Positions 38,238-51,595 of a stretch of DNA of 64,000 nucleotides are shown here, in pieces (within the stretch, counting starts at the first letter, position 1; each line of letters begins with the position of its first letter). A model generated the notes under the pieces. It worked only from the letters and a program-made list of their open reading frames with translations. It did not search any database and was not told the DNA's origin. The stretch lies in the NCBI RefSeq assembly GCF_004010195.1, contig NC_057754.1, forward strand, positions 8,113,010-8,177,009. The letters run 5' to 3'. A program made the translations under genes and the position numbers. The stretch comes from Chiloscyllium plagiosum. Its lineage: Eukaryota.

Positions 38238-38845
38238 TATAGCGTCCTAGAGATGTCCAGCACGGAAACAGACCCTTCGGTCCAACCCGTCCATGCTGAC
38301 CATAGCGACCTAGAGATGTCCAGCACGGAAACAGACCCTTCGGCTCAACTTGTCCATGCTGACCAGATATCCCAACCTAACCTCGTCCCATTTGCCAGCA
38401 CCCGGCCCATATCCCTCCAAACCCTTCCTATTCATATACCCATTCAGATGCCGTTTAAATGTTGCAATTGTACCAGCCTCCACCACATCCTCTGGCAGCT
38501 CATTCCGTACACGTACCACCCTGTGTGGGAAAACGTTGCCCCTTAGGTCCCTTTTATATCTTGCCCCTCTCACCCTAAACCTATGCCCTCTAGTTCTGGA
38601 CTCCCCCACCCTGGGGAAAAGACCTTGTCTATTTCCCCTGTCCATGCCTCCTCATGATTTTATAAACCTCTATAAGGTCACCCCCTCAGCCCCCTGACGC
38701 TCCGGGGAAAACAGCCCCAGCCTTTTCAACCTTGACCTACAGCTCAAACCCTCCAACCCTTGTCAGTCTTTTTTGAACCCTTTCAAGTTTCACAACATCC
38801 TTCCCAGAGGACGGAGACCAGAATTGCACGCAATATTCCGCAGTA
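38238..38845 (-). mobile_element. CR1/HER1 LINE 3' fragment
   Basis: ORF 38310-38645(-) is the CR1 ORF2 C-terminus; short tail duplication. Confidence 0.93.
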
Positions 38846-39322
38846 GGCCATTCAGCCCATCGGTTTGATCATCCTCGACTTCCCTTTCCTACCTTTTCTA
38901 CGCAACCTTTTCAAAATCTACCAATCACAATCTCAACATGAGGACAGAAACGAGCTTGCAGGAACCCTATCACAGGCTGAACGGAACCAAGCTCTGTTCT
39001 GTTTTTTTTATTGCTGTGAGTTAAATTGCACTTCAAGGCTGTATAACAAAGAACGAGAAATGTATTTTTTAAGTAACCTCTACATGGACCACAAAATGTC
39101 ACTTTTTGAATACATCTCTTGTGCAGCTCAGAAGGAGTTGACAGCTATGGAACATTATATGCTGCAATCAATGATCAGATTCAGTTCCACTGATCCTCTG
39201 TGACCTTCGAACACTTAGAAAGAACTGCATTAATGTCAGCTCAGGTTTACCTGACAATGAGTCATACGCTTCCAGTCAATCACCGGCCTCTCTGCCAAGC
39301 CACACACGGATGTTCGGCACAT

Positions 39323-39822
39323 GAAGGATGTTGTGAAACTTGAAAGGGTTCAGGAAAGATTTACAAGGATGTTGCCAGGGTTGGAGGATTCGAGCTATAG
39401 GGTTGAATAGGTTGGGGCTATTTTCCCTGGAGCGTCGGCGACTGAGGGGGAAACCTTGTAGAGGTTTACAAAATCATGAGGGGCATGGATTGGATAAATA
39501 GACAAAGTCTTTTCCCTTGGAGTGGGGGAGTCCAGAACTAGAGGGCATAGGTTGAGGGTGAGAGGGGAAAGATATAAAAGAGACCCATGGGGCAACTTTT
39601 TCACGGAGAGGATAATACGTGTATGGAATGAGCTGCCAGAGGAAGTGGTGAAGGCTGGTACAATTGCAACTTGTAAAAGGCATCAGGAAGGGTAGATAAA
39701 TAGGAAGGGTTTGGAGGGATATGGGCCGGGTGCTGGCAGGTGGGACTAGATTGGGTTGGGATATCGGGTCGGCATGGACAGGCTGGACCGAAGGATCTGT
39801 TTCCGTGCTGTACATCTCTATG
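39323..39822 (+). mobile_element. CR1/HER1 LINE 3' fragment
   Basis: KDVVKLERVQ region through the tail. Confidence 0.92.
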
Positions 39823-39982
39823 GTGAATGGACGTTTCAGAATTCAGAGGGGTTTTCGGGCAAATCGTCCAGTCTTCACAGCCAGGTATGACCAGGGCTGT
39901 AAGGGAAGGAGGGGTTAGATTACACGGAACAAGGCCATTCAGTCCATTCTGTGACTGGATCGTTCTCATATCCCTAACACTT

Positions 39983-40670
39983 AGAGTCATAGAGTTATAC
40001 AGCACGGAAACAGACCCTTCGGCCCAACTCGTACACGCTGACCAGGTTTCCCAACTGAATTAGTCTCATTTATATAGTCATCGAGATGTACAACATGGAA
40101 GCAGACCCTTCGGCCCAACTTGTACACGCTGACCAGGTTTCCCAACTGAATTAATCTCATTTATATAGTCATCGAGATGTACAACATGGAAGCAGACCCT
40201 TCGGCCCAACTCGCCCGTGCTGACTAGATATCCTAATTTAATCTAGTCCCATTTTCCAGCATTTGGCCCAAATCCTTCTAAACCCTTCCTATTCATATAC
40301 CCACCCAGATGTCTTTTAACTGTTGGAGTTGTACCCACCTCCACCATCTCCTCCAGCAGCTCATTTCATATACACACCACCCTCTGCCTGAGAATGTAGG
40401 CCCTCAGGTCCCTTTTAAATCTTTCCTCATCAACTTAAACCTTTGCTCTCTAGTCTTGAACTCCCCTATCCTGGTGGGAAAAAAAAACCTTGGGCTATTC
40501 ACCCTAACCCATGCCCTTCATGACTGTGTAAACCTCTATAAGGTCAGCCTACAGCCTCCTACCCTCTCGGAAAAAAGTCCCAGCCTATCCAGCTCTCCTT
40601 ATAAGTCAAACCCTCCAGTCTCAGTAACATCTTTGTCTTTTTTACACCCTTTCCAGTTTAACAACCTCCT
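39983..40670 (-). mobile_element. CR1 3' fragment with 91-bp tail unit in three tandem copies
   Basis: agtcat(a/c)gag..acagacccttcggcccaact starts at 39986, 40076, 40167. Confidence 0.88.
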
Positions 40671-41674
40671 TCCTTGCCCCAAAACACTTTGTGCGCTGAT
40701 TTTAGAGAATATTTATCCAATTCCCTATTGAATATTACTGTTGTAACTAGTTCATCGAATCATGAGGACCTTCAGTCTCTTGACCTATCTACACTAGTCC
40801 CACTTTCCAGCGCTTGAATGTTATGACATTTCAAGTGCCTATCCACATATTTTTTTAAAGGGAGAAAGGTTTCCTCCTTCATATACCCTCCCAGGTGGTA
40901 CATTCCAGACTCCCAACATCCTCTCTGGATAGAGACACACAAATATCCAAAGGTAGCAACACAGCTTCACAGAGCTCTAGCAACAGCGAAGCAGTGGGGT
41001 TCATTTTTTAGAACGACAAAGTTGAAACAAAAGTGGAGAAAATTGCGTTAAACATGTTAAACTGAAACATTACTCCGTCGACCTAGCCTGAAAGAGGCTG
41101 GTATCCCACCACCCTTTCTGGACTTCAGTACTGCCTCATTCAGAGTCTGGCATCAGTGTGTCAGTGTCCCGGACGCTCAGCTTTTCTGTGAGGCAGTGTT
41201 CCCTGATTGGACCAGATTAACAGCTCCAATCTGGGAACTCCGATTCGATGCAGCCCAGCCAGGCTGACCTTGTTCCAGTCACCGTCGCGGAACTGGTTAT
41301 CCAGAGGCCTTGGTGAATGTCCTGGAACTAGGAGTTACAATTCCATCCCTGAACATGTGCGTTCCGCTCATGACAAGCTTGTGACTGCGACAACTATTGT
41401 CGATTGTCACACAAATCCGTCCAGTTTCCTCGGGCCTCCGTCAGGAAGGGAGCCTGGCCTGTCGTTGCCCAGTCACGCGCACATGTGACCCCAGGCTCAC
41501 TCGTGACGGGCTCGGTCCTTAACTGCCCTCTGAAAATGGCCGATCCAATTAAGGGTGGCCCTGCCAGTGATGTCCACCTCCTTGGGTGAAGGTCAGAAAC
41601 CCTGACCAGGTTATTGGATATATATTTGGGATGATTTCATGGATTGAACAGGTTAGGGATGAATTTGAGGGCTG

Positions 41675-42045
41675 AGTCATGGAGTCCTACAGCAAGGAAA
41701 CAGACTCGTTGGTCCAACCAGTCCACACTGACCATAATCCCAAACTGAACTACTCCCATCTGCCTGCTCTTGGTCCATATCCCTTCAAATGTTTCCTATT
41801 CATGTACTAAACTAAAGGTCTTTTAAATGTTGCAACTGTACCCACATCCACCATTTCCTCTGGAAATACATTCCACACGCGAACCACCATCTGTGTCTAA
41901 AAAAAAAGTTGCTCCTCATGTCTTTTTAAAATCTTTCTCCCCTCACCTAAAAAATATGTCCCCTCGTCTTGAAACCCCCCGCCCTAGGAAAAAGACACCC
42001 GCTATTCACCGTATCTATGCCCCTCAAGACTTTATGAACCTCAAT
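41675..42045 (-). mobile_element. CR1 3' fragment
   Basis: Similarity to the other CR1 tails. Confidence 0.8.
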
Positions 42046-42699
42046 AATAGTCACTGTGTTTATGAAAGGGTTTAGTGCTGTGGATCTTTCCACTTCTGAG
42101 TGGGACCAGGAGCGGGGCTATGCCTGTCAGTTAAATCACTCAAAAATATTTCCGGATGGGATCTTTCCCGCAGGGAGCAGTGACGCAGTGGAACCTTGCT
42201 ACCTCAGCAAGTGGTTGAGGTGAAAGATTGAAGGGCAAGTTGGAATGATCCAGGAGACAGAAGGATTAGAAGGAGGTGTCGATGTTTTGTATGAGAGAGC
42301 ATAAGCGCCAGCGTGAACCAGTCAGTCCAAATAACCCATTTCTGTCAGCAAGTACTTTGCACCGCTCTGCAGCATCCTGAAGCTGGGGCTGTGATCCCGC
42401 TTTGTCAGCAATGCTCGATTATGTTTGATGTGCTCAGTGAATTGCTAAAACTGTAGCGTGGGCTGCTGAGCCATTGCACAGATAGAGTCATCATCTGCCT
42501 CGCCATTGAGATGAAACAGGTCTGCCTCTCCTGCAGAGCAATTTCCTATTTAGGCCAATTGCGCTGGATTCCCCCAGCTAGACAGAACAAGGCAGAAGAT
42601 GACATGCCAAGCTTGAGGGTATTGTGACTGGATCCAGATTCCTTCCTGCAGAGTCCAGGCTTGGGATCTGTCTCTTCAGAAGAGCCATAAGAACAGGTG

Positions 42700-43502
42700 T
42701 ACTTACACAAGACACACATGTACAGACAGAGTCACACACATTCACCTGCACATTCTCACCTCGACATTCTTTCTCTCACACACACTTACCAATGCCCACA
42801 GTTACGCAAAAACACAGGCAGAGATAACAAGCAAGAAACGCACACAGGCACATTCACAAACGCGTTCATATCCATGCACTCATTCACACAAACACACACT
42901 TATAATCACACACAAATAATCAAATACTCGTTCACACAGGCACATTCTAACACACACACCTTCATGCACTCACTCACATAGATGCACACTTACAATCTCA
43001 CGTGCATACATTTGTACACTTACTCATACAGACACACATACACGTTTATTCTCACACATACATTCATACACAGGCACACGCTTACAATCACACATTCATA
43101 TCCTCACACACAGACACGCACTTATAATCACGCACAAACAATCATGCACTCATTCACACAGACGGATACGCACATCTCACACATACATTCATATCCTCAT
43201 TCATATAGCATTCATATCCTCATTCATATAGATACACATTCTCACACATATATTCATTCACTCACTCACACAGACATACACACGTATATTCTCACACATG
43301 TATATTCATACACACACACTTACACAGACACATGTACATTCTCTCACACACAGACACATACAGCCTCACACACAAACACGTGTGCATACACATTTTTACA
43401 CACACAGTCTTGCACACCAACATTCATACACACCAACAAAGACACACACACACAGATATACTGATGCACATTCTCACACAGACATACACATCTACATGCA
43501 CA
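42700..43502. repeat. CA-rich degenerate microsatellite
   Basis: (CA)n/(CATA)n-derived low complexity. Confidence 0.92.
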
Positions 43503-44439
43503 CTGGAATAAAGGGGACTGGCAAGCTGTGAATTGTACAAAAGGAAAAGAAGTTTTCTTCGCTGTAGTATGATGAAATATAGGTCAGCGTTTTAAGGCTA
43601 TTTTTGTAATCTCTGCTGGAGAACACAGGTAGGCTTGGCTGGATGATAAATGAGGGGTGATTGCAAAAGGTAACCTCCCACTGCCTCCCAGTCCAACCCC
43701 ACATCCACTCGCCTCCTACTAGAGTGAGGGAAACCTCAGCTGGTTGTTGTCGGGGTTGTGATCGCAACAAGAATTTAACAATGACGGATCGGCAAAACAG
43801 CCTGGTGCATCTGGACTTGTCAATCCCAGCGTCTCCCAGAGATTAACAATCTCTGGATTTTGCAGCACCAACAGAAAGCCGGCGAAAGACCGTAGGTGGC
43901 CCTGGGTCACACGGGGGCTTATCCAACAGCTTGGTTCTCATTGTGGGCCTGTTTGGCCAATGGTCAAGAACCAACCAATGAAGATTCCTTGAGCTTTCTG
44001 ATTGGTGGACTCATTTGACCAGTGCGGGGCCAGACAGTGCAAGTTCCAGGATTCTCGTCAGGGAGAACTGGCAATCCGATGCCACTGCTTCTGAATTCCT
44101 GTTAACACCCATTTCGAGGGCAGCTCGCAACTGGTATCAAATCCTGGCCTGGCCAGCCATTCCCCCATCAAAGAATGGAGAGTGGGGAGGGGACCATGTG
44201 TTCGATGAATAGTGACAATATAACTCTATGTGCAATTTCCACAATCAGTAACCTTTGCAGGAAGTAGCCTAGATTAAATTACCACAAAGCACACTTGCAC
44301 TGTCTTCCGTTTTGGGGAAAGATGTGCAGCTCAGGGAGTAGAAAGAGCAGGGAGAGAAGGATAGATCTCAGGCCGTGGCACGAGGTGATTGTAGGGAAGG
44401 GAAGAGGTCACAGTGGGATTGTTCCTGGGTCATGATCAT

Positions 44440-44589
44440 CGGGGATAGAGACAGTGGAATAGCAGGGCGGAGGAGAATAGTGGAGAGAAAGAGATAAATG
44501 TGTGGGAGGTGGAAGGATTGAAAGTTGGTGAGACAGAAAGAGAGGGACGGGAGGAGTCGGAGCTGACAGGAGAGAAAGAGATGGTCGAG

Positions 44590-44620
<31 letters not shown>

Positions 44621-44912
44621 GTAGCAAGAGAGAGAGAGACAAATGGAAGGAGAGGGACATATACACTGATGGCAGGAGCGAGAGATGGTAGGGACAGTGA
44701 AACACAGATGGCAGAAGAGAGGCGTTAGGAAGAGAGAGAGAGAGAGAGACAGATGGCAGGAGAAAGATGACATGGAGAGGGAGAGAGAGATGCTAGGGAG
44801 AGAGAGACGCACACACACAATTGGCAGGAGAGAGAGATGCTGGGGGAGAGAGAGAGATGTGGCAGGAGAGAGGTGGCCGGAGGAGAGAGAGAGAGATGGT
44901 AGGGAGAAAGAG
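44440..44912. repeat. GA-rich degenerate microsatellite before the gap at 44913-45290
   Basis: (GA)n with gatggcagg interruptions. Confidence 0.9.
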
Positions 44913-45290
44913 NNNNNNNNNNNNNNNNNNNNNNNNNNNNNNNNNNNNNNNNNNNNNNNNNNNNNNNNNNNNNNNNNNNNNNNNNNNNNNNNNNNNNNNN
45001 NNNNNNNNNNNNNNNNNNNNNNNNNNNNNNNNNNNNNNNNNNNNNNNNNNNNNNNNNNNNNNNNNNNNNNNNNNNNNNNNNNNNNNNNNNNNNNNNNNNN
45101 NNNNNNNNNNNNNNNNNNNNNNNNNNNNNNNNNNNNNNNNNNNNNNNNNNNNNNNNNNNNNNNNNNNNNNNNNNNNNNNNNNNNNNNNNNNNNNNNNNNN
45201 NNNNNNNNNNNNNNNNNNNNNNNNNNNNNNNNNNNNNNNNNNNNNNNNNNNNNNNNNNNNNNNNNNNNNNNNNNNNNNNNNNNNNNNNNN

Positions 45291-46121
45291 TAGTGCCCAG
45301 GGATGTGCAGGTTAGGGTGGATTGGCCGTGCTAAATTGCCCCATAGTGCCCAGGGATGTGCAGGTTAGGGTGGATTGGCCGTGCTAAATTGTCCCATAGT
45401 GCCCAGGGATGTGCAAGTTAGGGTGGATTGGCCGTGCTAAATTGTCCCATAGTGTCCAGGGATGTGTACGTTAGGGTGGAATGGCCATGCTAAATTGTCC
45501 CCGTAGTGCCCAGGGATGTGCAGGTTAGGGTGGATTGCCCGTGCTATATTGCCCCATAGTGCCCAGGGATGTGCAGGTTAGGGTGGATTGGCCGTGCTAA
45601 ATTGTCCCATAGTGTCCAGGGATGTGTACGTTAGGGTGGATTGGCCATGCTAAATTGTCCCATAGTGCCCAGGGATGTGCAAGTTAGAGTGTATTGGCCG
45701 TGCTAAATTGTCCCATAGTGCCCAGGGATGTGCAAGTTAGAGTGGATTGGCCGTGCTAAATTGCCCATAGTGCCCAGGGATGTGCAGGTTAGAGTGGATT
45801 GGCCGTGTTATATTGCCCCATAGTGCCCAGGGATGTGCAGGTTAGGGTGGATTGGCCGTGCTAAATTGTCCCATAGTGCCCAGGGATGTGCAGGTTAGGG
45901 TGGATTGGCCGTGCAAATTGTCCCATAGTGCCCAGGGATGTGCAGGTTAGGGTGGATTGGCCGTGCTATATTGCCCCATAGTGCCCAGGGATGTGCAGGT
46001 TAGGGTGGATTGCCCATGGGAAATACAGCGATAGGATAGTGGGGTGGGTCTGATTGGGGTGCTCATTAGAAGGTTGCTGCAGACTCTGAGCCAAATGGCC
46101 TGTTTCTCCACTGTAGATTTC
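45291..46121 (+). repeat. 53-bp tandem array (at least 13 units) inside an HE1-like SINE
   Basis: Unit tagtgcccagggatgtgcaggttagggtggattggccgtgctaaattgcccca, running into the normal SINE 3' end at about 46015-46121. Confidence 0.95.
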
Positions 46122-46599
46122 AAGGTTGTGTTGTTCACTGGAATTGATTTTCGTTTCTCTTCCACCTCCATTTAATGACCATTTCGACACCACTGTGTCA
46201 GAAATCGCGTGTGTTTTCCCATCCGGTAGCTGGGTGAGAGAGGTGAGAGTGCAGCGGGGTCAGTGCTGAGGTCGTTAGGCATTCGGCGCACTCATGTCTC
46301 TGCAGTGGAAGGCAGTGCCAGACAGTGTGGGGTTGACAGAAGCCGTTCCAGTGTCTGTTCATTGTGGTGACTGTGCAGCCATTGTGACATTCCTCCTCAA
46401 TGTTGCCATGTGACCCTCAGAGATAAGAGCGGCCATTCCAACCGATTGTGTCTCCTCTGCCATCCAAACATGGCCGATATATTTCTCCACCTCAGTCTCC
46501 TGCCTTCCCGTCATAACCATTGATCCCCTAACGTAAGATCAATGCTCCCTCACCCCTACTTTTTCTACTAGTTCCTGGATGGATGCTTTCTTTTACCAT

Positions 46600-47300
46600 T
46601 TATTCAGGACGTGGGCTATTTATTGCCCATCCCTAATTGCCCCTTGAGAAGGTAGTGAACTGCTGCCATCCATGTGCTTTAGGTAGGCCCATTATGCACT
46701 CAGGGAGGGAATTCCAGGATTTTGACCCAGCGACACTGAAGGAACAGTGATCTATTTCCAAGTCAGGATGGGGAGTGGCTCAGAGGGGAGCTTGCAGGGG
46801 GGATCGTGTTCCCATGTATTGGAGCCCCTGTCCTTATGGTTAGCAGAGTTTGTGGGTATGGAAGGTGCTGACTAAGGAGCCTGGGTGAGATGCTACAGTG
46901 TATTTTGTAGATGGTACACACTGTTGCTACTGAGCTTCCATGGTGGAGGGAGTGGATATTTGTGGGTGTGGTGCCAATCAAGCGGGGCTGTTTTGTCCTG
47001 GATGGTGCCCAGGTTCTTGAATGTTGTTGGAGCTGCCCCCATCCAGTGGGGAGTATTCCCTCATATTCCTGACTCGTGCCTTGTAGATGGTGGACAGGCT
47101 TTGGGAAGTCGGGGACGGAGTTAATCACTGCAGGATTCCCAGCCCCTGACCTGCTCGTGTAGCCAACACAGGTTATATGGCGCTCCCAGTTGAGTTTCTA
47201 GTCAACGATAATCCCAAGGATGTCGATAGAGGGGGATTCAGTGATGGTAAGGCCACTGAATGTCAAGAGGCAAAGGTTAGGTTGTCTCTGATTGGAGATG
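46600..47300 (-). mobile_element. LINE-B fragment
   Basis: Homologous to 18000-18765. Confidence 0.78.
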
Positions 47301-47304
47301 GCGA

Positions 47305-48250
47305 AGTAGAACTGCAGATGATGCAGATTAGAGTCAAGAGAGTGGTGCTGGAAAATCACAGCAGGTCAGGCAGCATCCGAGGAGCAGGAGAATCGACATT
47401 TCGGGCAAGCCTCAGGGTTGAAGAGGTAAATGGGAGGGAGTTGGGGGAAGGTAGCTGAGAGTGTGATAGGTGGATGGAGGTGTGGGGAAAGGTGATAGGT
47501 CAGAGGGGAGAGTGGAGGGGATAGGTGGGAAGGAAGATGGACAGGTAGGACAGGTCATGAGGGCAGTGCTGAGGTGGAGGGTTGAAACAGGGGNNNNNNN
47601 NNNNNNNNNNNNNNNNNNNNNNNNNNNNNNNNNNNNNNNNNNNNNNNNNNNNNNNNNNNNNNNNNNNNNNNNNNNNNNNNNNNNNNNNNNNNNNNNNNNN
47701 NNNNNNNNNNNNNNNNNNNNNNNNNNNNNTGGAAAACCACAGCAGGTCAGGCAGCATCCGAGGAGCAGGAGAATCGACATTTCGGGCAAGCCTCAGGGTT
47801 GAAGAGGTAAATGGGAGGGAGTTGGGGGAAGGTAGCTGAGAGTGTGATAGGTGGATGGAGGTGTGGGGAAAGGTGATAGGTCAGAGGGGAGAGTGGAGGG
47901 AATAGGTGGGAAGGAAGATGGACAGGTAGGACAGGTCATGAGGACAGTGCTGAGGTGGAGGGTTGAAACAGGGGTAAGGTGGGGGGGGGGGGAGGAGAAA
48001 CTGGGAAACTGGTGATATCCACATTAATGCCATGGGTTTGGAGGGTCCCAATGCAGAACATGAGGCGTTCTTCCTCCAGGCGTCGGGTGGTGATGGAGAA
48101 GGCCCAGGACCTGCATGTCCTGGGCAGAGTGGGAGCAGAAGTTGAAGTGTTCAGCCAGGGGGCGGTGGGGTTGGTTGGTGCGGGAGTCCTGGAGATGTCC
48201 TCTGAAGCGCTCTGCGAGTACGTTGTAGAAGAGACCGCACTGGGGAGACA
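47305..48250 (-). mobile_element. Penelope-like element 3' part, spanning the gap at 47594-47729
   Basis: Terminal repeat plus GIY-YIG remnant (reverse complement of rrLEEERL, DMQVLG, RFRGH), homologous to 49583-50240. Confidence 0.82.
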
Positions 48251-49574
48251 GGACGCCTACTTGCAGAGCGCTGGTGGGATTTAAACCTGAGTCCCCAAAG
48301 CGTTATCTGGGTCTCTGGATTAACAGTCCAGTGATAATACCACTCGGCCCATCGCCTGGGTGATGGAGTTAGCCCAGTCGCCTGGATTGCTGAATTTATG
48401 ATGCCACCTCAGACACGGACAGCCTACGCCCCACATAGAACTTCTTCCAACCCTCTCTCCCTTCATCTCACACCATCAGCATGTAGGAATATTGATCCGG
48501 ATTTCAGGAGAGAGGGGAAGTTGTCAGCCGTCAGAGGATCTGCAGTTGTAAAATAATTGCTAAAAGAAGTGGAAGGGAGCTGGGGGGATTGATGTTTCTC
48601 GAGCAAGTTATTGCCCCTGCCCGGGGGCATAATGAAAATTGGTTCAAGAATCCTTCTCATGGAGACGAAGAGAAATTCCCAAGGAAGACACAAGCTCAGG
48701 GGAAAAGATCAGAAAGCTCTTCCCAAGAACCGTGATATATTTCCAAGTCAGGATGGGGAGTGGCTCAGAGGGGAGCTTACAGGGGGGGATTGTGTTCCCA
48801 TGTATTGGAGCCCCTGTCCTTATGGTTAGCAGAGTTTGTGGGTATGTTTGTCGGACACAATTATTATTTTATTATTATCATCATAAGGCATGATTTAGCT
48901 CTGTAACATCGCTGGTCGGTAAATTGGCTTCCAAAATCAAAGCAGAACGCTGTGGGTGCTGGAAATTTCAAAGAGGCAGACAGGGTGTTGGAGCAACTCA
49001 GCAGGTCTAGCAGCATCTGCAGAGAGAGAAAAAAACAGCCAACGTCTCGAGAGTTTTTGAAAAGTCAGGCCAGGCTGGAAACGTTAACTCTGTTTCTCTC
49101 TCCACTGAGTATCTCCAGCATTCTCTGCTCTTTAATAACAAGGCTGAACGGAGGCCTCACGAAAGGCTGTTTGTCTTTGCAGTATCTTCACTGAAGCCAC
49201 GCCACCTTATTTGACCATCCTGAAATCCGGCTGTAACGCTTTAGCTCATATGCTGCTCGGTTTACATGCGGTTAAGTGTGAATAGAACATGGTAATCACC
49301 GCCACAGCCTGGCACCCGCTCCAGCTCCCCCTCCAGAAAGTAAGCATCCATCTCCGAAACGCCTCAGCCGCCATCCCAATCCCGCCAGGCACCACTCAGC
49401 CAGCCGATGAAACCTCCCGGCTGTTTCCGCCTCACTCCAGAAGAGGGTGAGACCGACACAGGAAGAGGAGGAAGGCCATTCAGCCTCTCGAGCCTGTTCC
49501 GCCATTCGGTGGGATCACGACCAGTCTCTGGCCTAACTCTATATACCTGCCTTTGACCTATATCCCAAGGCCCC

Positions 49575-50240
49575 AAAGGATCCTTCCACATCTGACAGGG
49601 ATTTTCCTGCACGTCTAAACACCTCATCGACTGTGTCCGTTGCTCTCAATGTGGTCTCCTCTACATTGAGGAGACAGGGCGCCAACTCGCAGAACGTTTC
49701 AGAAAACATGTCTGGGACACTTGCACCAAACAACCCCAATGCCCCGTGGCTGGCCACTTCGACTCTCCCTCCCACTCCGCCAAGGACACTCAAGTCCTGG
49801 GCCTCCTCCCCTGCCAAATCCTAGCCACCTGACGCCTGGAGGAAGAACGCTTAATCTTTCATCTTGGGACCCTCCAGCCACACGGCATCAATGTCAATTT
49901 CACCAGGTCCCTCATCTCCCCTCACCCCACCTCACCCCAGATCCAGCCCTCCAGCTCTTCAACTGTCCTACCTGTCCTTCTTCCTTCCCACCTATCTGCT
50001 CCGACCTATCACCATCGTCCCCTACCTGCACCTACTATCATATTCCTAGCTACCTTACCGCCAGCCCCACCCCACCCTCCTATTTATCTCTCTGCTCCTT
50101 TCCCCCGTCCCCACGTTCCTGATGAAGGGCTTATGTCCGAAACGTTGACTCTCCTGCTCCTCAGATGCTGCCTGACCTGATGTCCTTTTCCAGCGCCACA
50201 CGTCTCAACTCTGATCTCCAGCATCTGCAAGTCCTCACTG
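49575..50240 (+). mobile_element. Penelope-like element 3' part: GIY-YIG endonuclease pseudogene plus terminal repeat with hammerhead motif
   Basis: 49583-49907 translates FSCTSKHLIDCVRCSQCGLLYIEETGRQLAERFRKH..VAGHF..RLEEERLIFHLGTLQPHGIN, with stops. Confidence 0.92.
50119..50146 (+). ncRNA. Minimal hammerhead ribozyme motif (PLE type)
   Basis: CUGAUGA-A-GGGC(UUAU)GUCC-GAAAC-GUU, directly downstream of the GIY-YIG remnant on the same strand. Confidence 0.68.
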
Positions 50241-50775
50241 ACTCCATATTCCCTAATACCTCCGCTTAGCAAAAATAGATCTGTCGCAGGATTAAAATGA
50301 ACAAGTGATCCAGCATCCACTACCGTTGGTGGAAGAGACTTCCAACATCTCGCAGCCTTTGTGTGTCAGAGTGTTTCCCTGCATCTCTCCTGAATGCTCT
50401 GGCCCTAATTGTCCAACTCTGCTCCCTCGTTCAAGAATCCTCAGTCATTGGCAGTAGTTTATCTAGGCTGTCTTTTTCCTTTTAATATCTTGAAAGCTTC
50501 AAACAGATTACCCCTCAACCAGCACAATGCCAGAGAAAACACGCCTACGATTGTCAATCTCACTGAAGAGTAGGATTCTTAAGGGGTTTGACAGAGTAAA
50601 TGTTAAAGGTTGTTTCCCCTCTTGGGAAAGTCTAGGGCCAGCGGGCATCGCCTCACAATAAAGGGGTGCCAGTTTAGGACTGAGAGGGCGCTGAGTCTTT
50701 GGAACTCCCCAGCACACAGAGCTTTGGCAGGGTGTGCAGAGTTCCTTGTGTATATTTAAGGCTGAGATAGATTCT

Positions 50776-50905
50776 AAGGAAAGGTCACTCCACCCGCAAC
50801 ATTACCTTTGATTTCTCTCCACAGATGCTGGCAGGCCTGCTGAGCTTTTCCAGCAATTTCTGAGTATGATTCTGATGTACAGCGTCTGTAGTTCTTTCGG
50901 TTTTT
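50776..50905 (+). mobile_element. Second-family PLE terminal element with 11-bp TSD, nested in CR1
   Basis: agatagattct at 50765-50775 and 50906-50916. Confidence 0.75.
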
Positions 50906-51029
50906 AGATAGATTCTTGATCAGACTGGAAGGGAAAAGAGTTACTGGGAAAATGGACATGAGGAGTGTCAGGTCAGCCAGGATTCTATTTGAATATGGCA
51001 TATTCCTGTTCTCTTTACAGCCTCATCTG

Positions 51030-51595
51030 ATTAGATTCCCTACAGTGTGGAAAACAGGCTCTTTGGCCCAACAAGTCCACACCGACCCTCCGAAGAGTAA
51101 CCCACCCAGACCCATTCCCCTCTGACTAATGCACGTAACATTGGCCACTATTGCACAGTAGCTCAGTGGTTAGCACTGCTGCCTCACAGCACCAGGGTCC
51201 TAGGTTCGATTCTGGCCTGGGGCGACTGTCAGTGTGGAGTTTGCACGTTCTCCCCGTGTCTGCGTGGGTTTTCTCCCACCATCCAAAGATGTGCAGGTTA
51301 GGGTGGATTAGCCACACTAAATTGCCCATAGTGTTAGGTGCATTAGTCAGAGGGGGGTGGGTTACTCTTCGGAGGGTTGGTGTGGACTTGTGGGGCTGAA
51401 GGGCCTGTTTGCACACTGTAGGGAATCTAATCTCAAACATTTTGGCAATTTAGCATGACCAATCCACCCGAACCTGCACATCTGTGGACTGTGGGAGGAA
51501 ATGTGCAAACTTCATACCATCACCCGAGGGTGGAATTGAACTTGGGTCCCTGGTGTTGTGGGGCAGTAGTGCTGACCACTGAGCCACCATGCCAC
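51030..51595. mobile_element. Cluster of three HE1-like SINE pieces (-, +, -)
   Basis: 51030-51150(-), 51153-51432(+), 51445-51595(-). Confidence 0.85.

Noticed and set aside
42697..43531. His/Thr-rich ORFs (also 6513-6884, 15524-16090, 20324-20787, 44368-44818)
   Set aside because: Translations of CA/GT/CT microsatellites
45291..46013. Interstitial telomere
   Set aside because: Only one TTAGGG per 53-bp unit, not tandem (TTAGGG)n
47349..47974. 245-bp tandem duplication resembling a PLE tandem terminal repeat
   Set aside because: The near-identical copies sit exactly on either side of the gap at 47594-47729; an assembly overlap is the simpler explanation
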